64,000 bases of DNA from Balanoglossus misakiensis (lineage: Eukaryota; Animalia; Hemichordata): NCBI GenBank assembly GCA_040954595.2, contig CM082576.2:8125129-8189128 (forward strand), in the 5' to 3' direction. A model generated the notes under the pieces. It made no database searches and had not been told where the DNA came from. It worked only from the letters and a program-made list of their open reading frames with translations. This document shows positions 30,277 to 42,000 of the stretch, piece after piece. The number at the start of each line of letters is the position of its first letter. Within the stretch, counting starts at the first letter, position 1. A program made the translations under genes and the position numbers.

Positions 30277-32655
30277 ATGGAAGACACGAGTGGATTTTCC
30301 GATTCTGTCGAAGTCCCACTGAAAAACAGCGTAACTATCGTCGTCGAGGACAGTAACGGATGCTGCAGGTTGACAGAGTCTGGATTTCCTCTCGGATGCT
30401 TGAGAGATCAAGGTAATTTATTCAAATATTCAACCGGGTGTTTATGAGCGAAAAAAATATACTTCACAGGCAGAGATATTCCTGTCGATTCGAGAAAATT
30501 GCAGATAAGGCGTTGTTTATAGATGTTTTGAAGTCTGGAACGCTTTTCTACAGACAATAATGGTGAGCGTTATCTCTCCCTTTGGTGATTGTGAGAGCGC
30601 GAGCGAGGTCACCTAAGGGTATTATTTTACATACACGACAAGGCCGTAACCCCCTAAGTTAGTGAAAAGAAGCACTCGGCCGTGATTCTATTGTTTTGCC
30701 TTCCACGGTTCCATGACAAGGCAGGCGAAACAAGTTGAAAATCGATACAAGGACAGATTGTTGAATACAAACTCGGGCCTATTAGCCTTCGGAGAGACAT
30801 TGACTGACCATATACTTGATAGTTTTTTCAAAGACTCACCTCGCAGGTAGAAAATAAAAAGAAATCAACAACATGTCAACAACAAACCCTATTGTACAGT
30901 ACTGAGTCAGAGGATTTATTATATTCAGGCTGTGAAATTTCATCATGTAGTCCTATTGGCAAAAGTACGAGGAACCAGTTTATTTATACATTGCAAAACA
31001 CATAATAAATTGCAACATAGAAAGTGGAATAGAAATATACAAGCAAAGAACAAAAAATATTAGGTTCCAGTTTTAAAATGTTTCAAAAATATGTTAGCTG
31101 CAAGGTCAGAAAAGTTTTAAAATCTGGAGAAAATATTTCCTTTAACTTGGGCCACTATATGTAATTTCAGATATTTAACCAGTATTTTTGTTTTGTGATC
31201 TAATTCTGAAATACACCATGTAATCACTAGCAACAGTGTTTGGCATGCATTCAGATCTTTAAAATAAAATTCAATTAAGTTGGCTTTCTATGAGTATGAT
31301 TACACCATCCTCTCTCACTTCTGTTGGCTATTCAGAGTGCCATGAGTTCTGGAGTTTTGCATCAGAGAAGAAATTAATTGCTGGCATCTGCAGCATCTTT
31401 GAGAGAACATGCCAGCAACTGGTTAGAGAAACAAAGGAGGGAACTGCATCTACGAAAGGTGAGCTGCTGCCCCCCCCCCCCCCCCCGAATTTTTTTTGTC
31501 ACAGATCAAGATAGTACATTACTGTCATACAACGAGACCACATCTGTTATCTGAGAATAGTAACTATCCATTATTTAGTAATTGAATGCTGAAGGATTAT
31601 TATTTGTTGATAAAATTAGATACATGGGCACAACAAAAAAAGCTGTTGGTATGAGACTTGTGTGGTTCTGTAAAAAAAATTCTTTTTGAAGCATTTTTTT
31701 CTAACCGTAGTCTGACGATAACTTTGTTAGTTTATTTACTTGCAAATCAAAGAAATGAAGAATGGAGACTAATGTCAATCAACTTTCTAACCTATGAAAC
31801 AATTCCCAGAGAAAAATGAACTCATCAACTTCCTGTGCCGCAGTGGCGCCGTGCGACTCAAGTTCACCGACCTGGCGACCATCATCAATCAGAGGCGGAA
31901 AGAAGTGGCCAGGAGAAGTGGCGCGACTCCGGAACTGCCGGTCGCCAGCAGAGACACAACACCGCACATTTACGAACCACCACCACCACTGCAGCCACAG
32001 CCAGCGTACCAGTGGGCAGTGGTCCAGGAAAATCAGTATCCATCGTCACAGAGTGTGGAGTCGGAGCACTTGAGCAGAGAGCACCAGGAGAGGTGGACGT
32101 CGGAGACAAGTATTGCCGACATCGCCAGACGGGCCCCAACGCCCGGGGAAGCCGGGCCCAGCCAGCTGACACTCATACGGAAATTTCTCATATCAGCCAA
32201 ACAAGGTAAATGGGAATCTGAATGCATGGATTTATATTAAGTTGATGCTCTGGGGCTTGTGCATATATTGTTGATACAGCATTTGAGGCAATTATTAGTC
32301 TTTTGAATCCCGACCTGCCAGCGTATGTGTTTGTATGTGACTCTGTGCAAGCCCTGGTTGTCTGCCAAGAAGTAAATAATCCCAAATCCGTGTAGGAAAT
32401 CCTGGTATTTATGCACATATCAAATGAAAACAGGAAATTTTGCTATGTATCTCTGTTTTGCAGTCAGAGGGGTTTTCTTCCACTGGGCTTTACTGATTCG
32501 GGTAAATGTGGGGTTTTTCTCTCTCAGATGACCAAGAGAAGTCCAATAAAGAGACAGAAACGCTTCATGAAATGGATGTATCGGATGATGAAATGTCAGA
32601 AGACAATGTCCCTGAAGAGGAGGAGGAAGAAGTCCACATTGGACAGAAACGCAAG
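30277..32655 (+). CDS. Shared 5' exons (~261 aa) of an uncharacterised nuclear-protein gene: possible ERH-like domain, low-complexity linker, acidic stretch, KRK
   Basis: Frame-consistent exons 30277-30412, 31336-31458, 31810-32205, 32528-32655 (phases 1,1,1,0), all GT-AG with no stops. Ends in phase-0 donor AAG|GTATGA. The first exon and start codon are tentative. Confidence 0.7.
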
Positions 32656-32984
32656 GTATGATTGGTTGATTTTTGACAGTGAATGTTTTGGTAGTGTGTG
32701 CATTAGAAATGATGGTAGCAGTTAAACACACGCAAATAGAAATTTTGAGGCAGCTAATAAGAATACATGTGATATTCACATGTTACTGTCCATTGACAGC
32801 GAGATAGCATAACTCTGAAATATAACTGAGGTTTGCAATATTAAGAGAAGACAGATCAGAGGCATAGCAGGACACACTGACAGCACTTTGTGGATTTTTT
32901 ATTGAATTTGAATTGTTGTTTTTTTACATTGTGTTTTGGCAAATTCATTGAAAACTGTGTGTTGCTTTAACTGCAATGGTAAAT

Positions 32985-33086
32985 GTATGCTCAGACAACA
33001 ATAGGACAGATTAGAAATATACCCCCTTGCCCCAAGTATGTTCAGACAACAATAGGACAGATTAGAAATATACCCCCTTGCCCCAA
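32985..33086. repeat. 51-bp tandem repeat, 2 copies
   Basis: GTATGYTCAGACAACAATAGGACAGATTAGAAATATACCCCCTTGCCCCAA twice, with 1 mismatch. Confidence 0.95.
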
Positions 33087-34044
33087 ATGAAAGGTTGATC
33101 TGTGTCTTTTTCAAACACTTCAAAAACCTTCAGAAAGGCAACACAGTAAAGAATGGGCTTTTGCAAACTTGCAGAGTTTATTACACATACATAGTATTTT
33201 TGATTTGTGTAGATTTACTGTTTTGTCTTGTATTATATTATTTGTACTATGGTGTTTACTGACTTTCACACACAAATAATTCACAGCACTATCCACGGTC
33301 CATTTTTTACTGATCAATGATCGACAAAAATGTGAGGGTCAAAGTGCAATTAGTGTTACTCTTCCACGCGCGTGTATATATTCCGAACTGACTGCAGCAA
33401 CTTGAAGGGATGCACGGAGAATACAGTCTGTGGCATTCTGTTTTTCTATAGTACTGGTAAGTTGCCCTATTTATTTGTCTAACCCTTTAGGGAAGAGAGT
33501 TGCCACATAACATTTGCTCAGTTTAGACTGATATTTGAATGTATTCGTTTCACTTCATGCTTCTTCGACATGTTGAGTCACCACAGCACAGGTCAATGTT
33601 TTCAAATAATTAAATCTCTTCATTGTAAATTATATACATGTAAATTGAACATACTGTTCTGTGATGACATGTCTACCGTTATGTGCTTTTGATGGACTTG
33701 CACATCATCAGTGGCAACTGAGAGTTACATGTAGCTCACACTGGCTCACCTGTTTGAGTGCTTTAATTCAACATATCTGTCAAAATGTCACCAGTTTGGA
33801 AACACTCTTCAAATCAGTGAAAGTTTGCAAAAGCCCATCTGTGTTTTTTTTCTTCTTCTCGCATTTCTGAAATACTTGTAGTACAGAAATAAGTGAACCC
33901 TGTTTTGAAGTGACACTGTAACTATACTTTTAATGTCAGGTCTGTTTTATAGCAATTAGCAAAGCTATCACCTCTCAATCTTTCACGTATCATGGGTGTA
34001 TGTTTGAAACAGTACTACAACAGTGGACTTTTATTTCTTTCCAG

Positions 34045-35144
34045 CAAAACCTGACAGTACTTGTTAGTACCGAAGAGTTCCCAAATGAGTTCATGGATGT
34101 TGTGGTGCCAAGATCAGAACTCCAGCACGCAGAGAGGAAAGCTTTACGTGCTGGTGACTATTTTGGTGAGTTCTAATACTAATGGCTACAATGCAGGCAT
34201 TGCCATTTGGTGTAATGTCCTTTGAAGAGACAGTTCACCTTTTTACTTTGTACCACGCCACACCACACCACATTACACCACACCTCAGGTGCAGTCTGGG
34301 ATGTGATTGGCATTTCCATACACTGATGATGGAGCGAGGATTGCTACAGCAAGATTGCATTTATTTACTCAGGTTATTTGTCTCTGCATTGTCACATGGT
34401 GAAGTTCTGAAAAGTTAGCCAAGAAATCTGTATTCTGCACACAAAAACTGGCCATAGTTAGGTACATGTAATAGTATAGCTACCTTCCTACAGTTGGGTG
34501 ATCTAGTCATCTCCAGACTGAGTTGGAGTGGTTGTACACCAGTCAATATCGAGCACTTGAAATTCATTGCATTAATGATGCAATTGTATAAAGCTCGCAT
34601 GTGAGTGAAATATCATAATTTCTATCCCACCAGGAACACTCCTGAACGATGTCATCGACATGGTGTTCACAAAGAAGGAGCTGGCCAATTCAGGCGGTCT
34701 CGGTTTCAGAAAAAGAGGTCCTTCGGCAAAGGATCATGAGAGACCACCGCTGGACCAACACAGGGTTGACGCAATCAGAAGTGAGTCCATTTACTTTGCT
34801 ATTCTTGGCTGGAGACGTAACAGCCATTTGACAACTAGTGCACCTCTCTGAACAAATTGGTGGTTTCCTGTGTGGGCCAATTAACACAGAGAGATCCATG
34901 ATACATTCAACTTCAATACATGCACAGATACAGGTAGATACTCAGTTGACTCATGTATTTTTTCCTCTCTTCTGTTGATGTAGCGTACATAACCAAGAAG
35001 GCACAGGAGAGGGGTGTGAACAGCATGGACCCCATCAATTTTAACAGGAAATTCACAGCCAAAATGGGCAACGCAAGGAGGGACAGAAAGAAAATGAAAA
35101 TGTTGTCCAAAAGTTCGCCCGGTGGTACTTGGCCACACAGTTGA
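34045..35144 (+). CDS. Terminal module A: BEN domain (3 exons, own stop and poly(A) signal)
   Basis: Exons 34045-34165 (phase-0 start), 34634-34780, 34984-35144. Gives GTLLNDVIDMVFTKKELANSGGLG...PPLDQHRVDAIRTYI...FTAKMGNARR, a typical BEN pattern. AATAAA at 35594. Confidence 0.82.
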
Positions 35145-37925
35145 CAGGGCTAATTCATACGTCCCAAAGAGTGATGTTCAAATTTTCCCAAGAAGACGTG
35201 TGTTTGCGTTTATGTTGATTTTTATCACCTGCACTGATATGGGATCTCATTGGTGGAAATTTGACCAATAGCAAGAGTGACTGAGATGTCGAGTTGGCAG
35301 CGTTCAAAACCATCAAAGTGAAGACGCTGGTTTCAGTGCATGATTTCTGCATACTGGAGCAAGTTGGGCTGATTGACTGGCAGAGTCAAATATTACTTAA
35401 TGGAGATGTGTGACATATCTCTCTCTTCCATCATACACACCTGTTCACATCAAACTTCACCAGGGCTGAGTCTATAGTGTGACACTCTTTACAAGTTTTT
35501 AGTGTTTTGTACACATTATTATAAACTGTTTGGCAAATTTAAATGCCTATGAACAACTTTTGAAATGTATTCTATTTCAGTACTATTCCATGAAATAAAA
35601 TAACCTTTTTCCGTGATGATCCGTGTCCAATGTAACAGATATACCTGTGCAGTGTGTGATACAAAGCTTGATCTTTTATCAGAATATAAAGTTTTATCAG
35701 TGTAAGTAATTTATGAAGTAATACAAATTTGTTACCACATACAATGTTAATGTTGTGCTCTGTATCAAGACAGTCGGGTTCAGGGTTTCAGATCAACCAT
35801 CATATTACCATTGTTTTTTAAAAATTGAATCCCATCCTATACTGTATAGTTTCAGGACACCCGGTTTGCGCCGCCGGTCACCGACGTCGAAGTGCAAGCC
35901 CGAGCCCTGAACTCCCAGCACTCCGCCATCCCCATCCACACGCAGCGTCGCAACCGCTGGGCCGTGCGACTCTTCAACACCTGGGCGGCGGTCCGCAAGA
36001 GCCGGAGCTTGGACGCTGCCGACGAGGCGCACGTCGACAAGGTGAGTGGTGAGTTCTAATACTAATGGCTACAATGCAGGCATTGCCATTTGGTGTAATG
36101 TCCTTTGAAGAGACAGTTCACCTTTTTACTTTGTACCACGCCACACCACACCACATTACACCACACCTCAGGTGCAGTCTGGGATGTGATTGGCATTTCC
36201 ATACACTGATGATGGAGCGAGGATTGCTACAGCAAGATTGCATTTATTTACTCAGGTTATTTGTCTCTGCATTGTCACATGGTGAAGTTCTGAAAAGTTA
36301 GCCAAGAAATCTGTATTCTGCACACAAAAACTGGCCATAGTTAGGTACATGTAATAGTATAGCTACCTTCCTACAGTTGGGTGATCTAGTCATCTCCAGA
36401 CTGAGTTGGAGTGGTTGTACACCAGTCAATATCGAGCACTTGAAATTCATTGCATTAATGATGCAATTGTATAAAGCTCGCATGTGAGTGAAATATCATA
36501 ATTTCTATCCCACCAGGAACACTCCTGAACGATGTCATCGACATGGTGTTCACAAAGAAGGAGCTGGCCAATTCAGGCGGTCTCGGTTTCAGAAAAAGAG
36601 GTCCTTCGGCAAAGGATCATGAGAGACCACCGCTGGACCAACACAGGGTTGACGCAATCAGAAGTGAGTCCATTTACTTTGCTATTCTTGGCTGGAGACG
36701 TAACAGCCATTTGACAACTAGTGCACCTCTCTGAACAAATTGGTGGTTTCCTGTGTGGGCCAATTAACACAGAGAGATCCATGATACATTCAACTTCAAT
36801 ACATGCACAGATACAGGTAGATACTCAGTTGACTCATGTATTTTTTCCTCTCTTCTGTTGATGTAGCGTACATAACCAAGAAGGCACAGGAGAGGGGTGT
36901 GAACAGCATGGACCCCATCAATTTTAACAGGAAATTCACAGCCAAAATGGGCAACGCAAGGAGGGACAGAAAGAAAATGAAAATGTTGTCCAAAAGTTCG
37001 CCCGGTGGTACTTGGCCACACAGTTGACAGGGCTAATTCATACGTCCCAAAGAGTGATGTTCAAATTTTCCCAAGAAGACGTGTGTTTGCGTTTATGTTG
37101 ATTTTTATCACCTGCACTGATATGGGATCTCATTGGTGGAAATTTGACCAATAGCAAGAGTGACTGAGATGTCGAGTTGGCAGCGTTCAAAACCATCAAA
37201 GTGAAGACGCTGGTTTCAGTGCATGATTTCTGCATACTGGAGCAAGTTGGGCTGATTGACTGGCAGAGTCAAATATTACTTAATGGAGATGTGTGACATA
37301 TCTCTCTCTTCCATCATACACACCTGTTCACATCAAACTTCACCAGGGCTGAGTCTATAGTGTGACACTCTTTACAAGTTTTTAGTGTTTTGTACACATT
37401 ATTATAAACTGTTTGGCAAATTTAAATGCCTATGAACAACTTTTGAAATGTATTCTATTTCAGTACTATTCCATGAAATAAAATAACCTTTTTCCGTGAT
37501 GATCCGTGTCCAATGTAACAGATATACCTGTGCAGTGTGTGATACAAAGCTTGATCTTTTATCAGAATATAAAGTTTTATCAGTGTAAGTAATTTATGAA
37601 GTAATACAAATTTGTTACCACATACAATGTTAATGTTGTGCTCTGTATCAAGACAGTCGGGTTCAGGGTTTCAGATCAACCATCATATTACCATTGTTTT
37701 TTAAAAATTGAATCCCATCCTATACTGTATAGTTTCAGGACACCCGGTTTGCGCCGCCGGTCACCGACGTCGAAGTGCAAGCCCGAGCCCTGAACTCCCA
37801 GCACTCCGCCATCCCCATCCACACGCAGCGTCGCAACCGCTGGGCCGTGCGACTCTTCAACACCTGGGCGGCGGTCCGCAAGAGCCGGAGCTTGGACGCT
37901 GCCGACGAGGCGCACGTCGACAAGG
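34164..37925. repeat. Recent tandem duplication, period 1,883 bp (34164-36042 and 36047-37925)
   Basis: All ORF-track entries recur at +1883 with identical translations. The junction carries 4 extra nt (TGAG), giving AAG GTGAGT G GTGAGT. Confidence 0.95.
35850..37027 (+). CDS. Terminal module B (new chimera): truncated DUF3504/Crypton N-terminal exon fused to duplicated BEN exons
   Basis: Exon 35850-36048 (phase 0 to phase 1; FQDTRFAPP...HVDKVSG) is in frame with 36517-36663 and 36867-37027 (BEN copy 2). AATAAA at 37477. Expression is not shown. Confidence 0.5.
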
Positions 37926-39078
37926 CGCTGGAGGACATGGACGACCGGGAGCTGTCCTACTGGCTCTCCAGGTTCATTCTGGAGGTGCGCAAGACGAACG
38001 GCGCCGAGTACCCGGCCAAGACGCTCTTCTGCATCGTCATGGGGATCCAGTCGCACGTCCGCATCGAGACGGGGAAGAACCTGAGCGTCATCGAGCAGCA
38101 AGAGTACGACATGTTCAGACAGGTGAGAGCAACCGTGAATGCCAGGATGTAGAAAAATCATTGGTTTATTAATTAACAAAGATAGACAGGTGTAAGGGGT
38201 AATTTGCATGCAGAGCAAACTTTTCCATTGAAATGGTGTTTGTATTTTCATAGCCAGTAATTTTTTTCTCACTGCTGGTTGTTTTTGCTTGTTATTGGCA
38301 TGAATATCATCCTACTCTGGCAGTCCAGGATTGGTATTTGTTTTATAGATTATCTGTTTTGAATGACCATTGATGGCACACTTTTTTCACACGAAAGACA
38401 ACAAGATTATTGACATGTCCTGAACAGGTACTGGAAGGTGAAATGAAAAGACTGAACGAAAAGGGAGTAGGGGTGGAGACGAAACACCCGGAGACAGAAT
38501 TCATCACCGAAAAGGACGAGGATTGGCTTTGGGAGAACAAGCTACTCGGCGGCCACACTCCATTCATTCTGCTCAACACGATGGTGTTCCTCAACGGCAA
38601 AAACTTTGGACTGCGCAACGGGAAAGAGCACCGGAACATACGGTACTACCCCTCGCAGATAACGCTGCACGAGAAGGGCCGTCACCCTGCCTGCTTGAAG
38701 TACGAGGACGACTCGGTCAGGGTGTACAAGGGAGGGGCCAAGCAGCGCAAGGGCCGCAACAAGGAAATCGTCGTCTACGAGAACAAGGAACACCCGGAGC
38801 GGTGCCACGTCAGAATGTACCGCAAGTACCTGTCCATGTGCCCCAACACCAGCCAGAGGGACTACGGGGCATTTTACCTCCAGCCGATCAGGAACCCCAA
38901 CGACCAAGTCTGGTACAGTGTGCAACCGGTCGGGCACAACGCACTCCACCAGGTGGTGCCAGATCTGTTTAAGGCGCTGGGGAAATCAACATTCAAGGCC
39001 AATCACGCTCTGGGAGCGTGTGCAGATAGTTCAAGCAAAAGGGGCACTGTTAAAGAAGAACCCATTCATATTGACTAG
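37733..39078 (+). CDS. Terminal module C: DUF3504 (ZMYM/QRICH1/KIAA1958-type, Crypton tyrosine-recombinase-derived) domain, 2 exons
   Basis: Exons 37733-38122 (phase-0 start) and 38428-39078. Motifs RFAPP...AIPIHTQRRNRWAVRLFNTW, LSYWLSRFILEVRKTNGAEYPAKTL, VLEGEMKRL, LLNTMVFLNGKNFGLRNGKEHR, PERCHVRMYRKYLSMCP, AFYLQP, WYSVQPVGHNAL. Confidence 0.9.
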
Positions 39079-42000
39079 GGAAGGTGCTGACTGGTATGCA
39101 ACCACTGCTGGTTTGCACATGTCCATGTATGGTCCAAAGAGCATGTCTGATGGTCTTTGAATGACCATGTCATTTGACCAGCCCCGCTGTGAAGTCTGTC
39201 ATTGGTTCAGTCTCAATTACCATGTGGTGTAAGTTGGCACGGGTGACTGTGTTCCTTTAAGGTGTCAGGAACTGCCCAGAGGTCGTGCATGCATGGTTGT
39301 AACATTCCATATTAGCCTTATCTGTAGAAGTTTGTTGTAATATTGTCAATGTCTTGAAAATTTTCACAAAACAGGGTAGCGTGGTCCAGTAACACAAAGA
39401 AAACACTATGTCACCATGCTGGATTTTTTCAAATATTCCCAACATAGAAAAACTACAGCATGGGGAGTTCAATCAAAATTCAGCAAGATTTATAATGTTT
39501 ATTTTGCTGCTATTCTTGTCTTTTTTTCTGTTGTGTGTTGTATATGGAAATGCAAAAGCCACATCCAATCTACTGTAGCTGTCATGTTCCTCCGGAGGTA
39601 CATGAACACAGATAAAATGGTACAGATTGAGTCGGAGGGCAGTTTCGTCTTCACTGTTGGAAATCTGGGTGACGATTAGGTATCTCTGTACAATTCTTTG
39701 CTCCAAGAAATTTTTCTATCACCTGAAAGACCTACACCGTAGACACATGTTTATCACCACACCACTTGTAGGTTTAGTACACGACACAGTCACCTCTAAT
39801 ACATAACCCCATTTATTTGTGTCTTTCACCCAAACTCATGCTGATTCCATGTGTGGGACTAGCAGAGCAGTATAGTACATCAGAAAATACAAAATGACAA
39901 CATTAAATATCTGTTGTAAAAATAGAAAGAAAGAATTTACATCTGTGGTAAATTTGTGGCAGTGTATTGATATTTAGTGCGTATTTATGGTATGAGGAAC
40001 AGAAATATATCTAATTTATATTTATCTTAGATTCACTTTACTTGTCTACAGGAAAACATGGGTATGCTAAAAATTTAGTGATATTTTGTTTGCATTGCAA
40101 ATGCTTTTCTTCTGAAAAGCAAACACCTTCATCTGTGTGTCTTGACTTTGGCTGCCTTTTGTAGGTACAATGTAATGGCTCATATACTGTACACACTCAG
40201 GCCACTTATATGAACGCTTTCGTTTTTCTGTTAATTGGACATGAAAGTTGTTAAGCATGGTTGTGGATTGACCATGGTTATGAAGGGGTTCCACTGTGGT
40301 GTACCTGTCAGTGCTGCCTTGACTATAGTTTTATAGCCAACCAGCAGAGCGTCAGATTATGTGGTGGAATGGGGTGCATCTTTGCTCTGAGTTTTAATGC
40401 ATAACTAATGATAAGTTTTGTTAAGTATACGGATTGGTAAAATTGATTGACACTAGGTCATCCAGAACTGCACTGGTTCCTGTGCAGCGCCCTCCAGTGG
40501 TAGGAAGGATATTATGTGCTCGTCCTCCAAACTCCCTTGAACGTAACTGATCCATAGTTTACATGTTTTAAAAAATCCTTTTTGCTTATACCGGTATATG
40601 TCGTGAGGTTAGAATGATAGCGAGGAAAAGGATTGGTCGTGATCAACAAAATGCTCCGGAAATTGTCGACAATTTCGACTTGGTGATCGATCAAATCAGA
40701 TTCCTTACTTCATTTTGCTGACATGTCATATGATACTGTACCGGATTCAGACGACCTCAACAGGTGATCAACAATTACCACAGGAGAGCAAAAACGTATT
40801 ACCAATATCTGACAACAGCGGATGTTGACTGTTAGGGCTTATACTGACATAGATAGAGGGACAACACGTATTAACTTTTTAGGTCAGTACCATTATGTGG
40901 TTTTGGTGTTGAAAGACAAACGAGCAAAAAAATCTGACGATTTGAAGTGATCTTTATTTTGCTAGAAACATTAAAAAATGTATAGTACTAGCGATCAGTC
41001 GATATACTTGCTCGATAATCATATCGTATAGTGCAGTGACCCGTTAAATCGCCCTTTTACAGCTAGAGGCGTTTGTTAGTTGTGTAGGCTGTAATGCTGT
41101 TTCCACTGTAAGCGTTAATAGGCTTAAAATTTAAACGCTGTATCACGACTTTTGTGAAGGGATTTTCACAAGGTGATACTCCTTCTTGAAGTGTGAAAGC
41201 CTTAAATATTACTCATCCAGGCAATGCAAACAAGGTAATCCCAGTCACGATCGCCTTTATTACTCGTTCCCCTGATCTGCTTTGCAAAGATCACTCGTAA
41301 AAAATAAATCTTCGCAGATTTTCATTATCGTTGCTATAGAAACGCCTGGCAGTCTGTCGGTCGCCTCCAAGGATTGTTCCCGCCCGTTACCTGCAATGGC
41401 GTAAATTTCTGTTTGGTTTATAGTCATGCGTGGGTCATATAACAGCCTACAATGCTCAGGCCGGCGACGGGATAAGGCAGAATGAATAAACCTCTCTGCC
41501 GAAAGATCATTTGACATTTGAGATACCGCATTTCGGTGTTTCAGTAATATCCCTTGCCCATTAATATTGACCCCCGTTTAGTTCAAACGTCGCCATGTCA
41601 ATACTGCACGTCCGTCTACGTTAGCTTCACAGAAAACTAAAGCGTGTAGCCCGCGAGCCATCCCTTTGTCTGCCCATATTTCGCCGAAAGTCGGCCTTTC
41701 CAGGTGTCGCTGGACTAAATCTGTAAGTTATATGTATGTTTCTCTTCTCTTGAAGACTTTCACTCATATATCTCTGTGAGATCAATATTCACAGCAAGTT
41801 TCATCAATTTGTTGTCCAGTAATTTCGGACTGTCGAAATATTCACCCATGTCTGAAGTTGTGCAAGCAACGCACTCCAACGCCTAACCAGTTCTTGGTAT
41901 ACATCTTAACATTAATTTTCAGTTCAATCCGATCGGTGTTCAGATAGCCTAACAGACGAAAGAAAGGCGTACTGCATTACCGTCCCGTGAAAACAAGAGA

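Noticed and set aside
30947-31163. Tc1/mariner-like terminal motifs in an intron
   Set aside because: The two ends are not convincingly complementary and there is no clear TA duplication.
32985-33086. Repeat array resembling CRISPR
   Set aside because: Only two adjacent copies with no spacer, in eukaryotic DNA with no cas genes.
33441-33462. Possible 5-nt microexon (TTTTCTATAG TACTG GTAAGT)
   Set aside because: It would shift the frame between the phase-0 donor and all phase-0 modules, and nothing else supports it.
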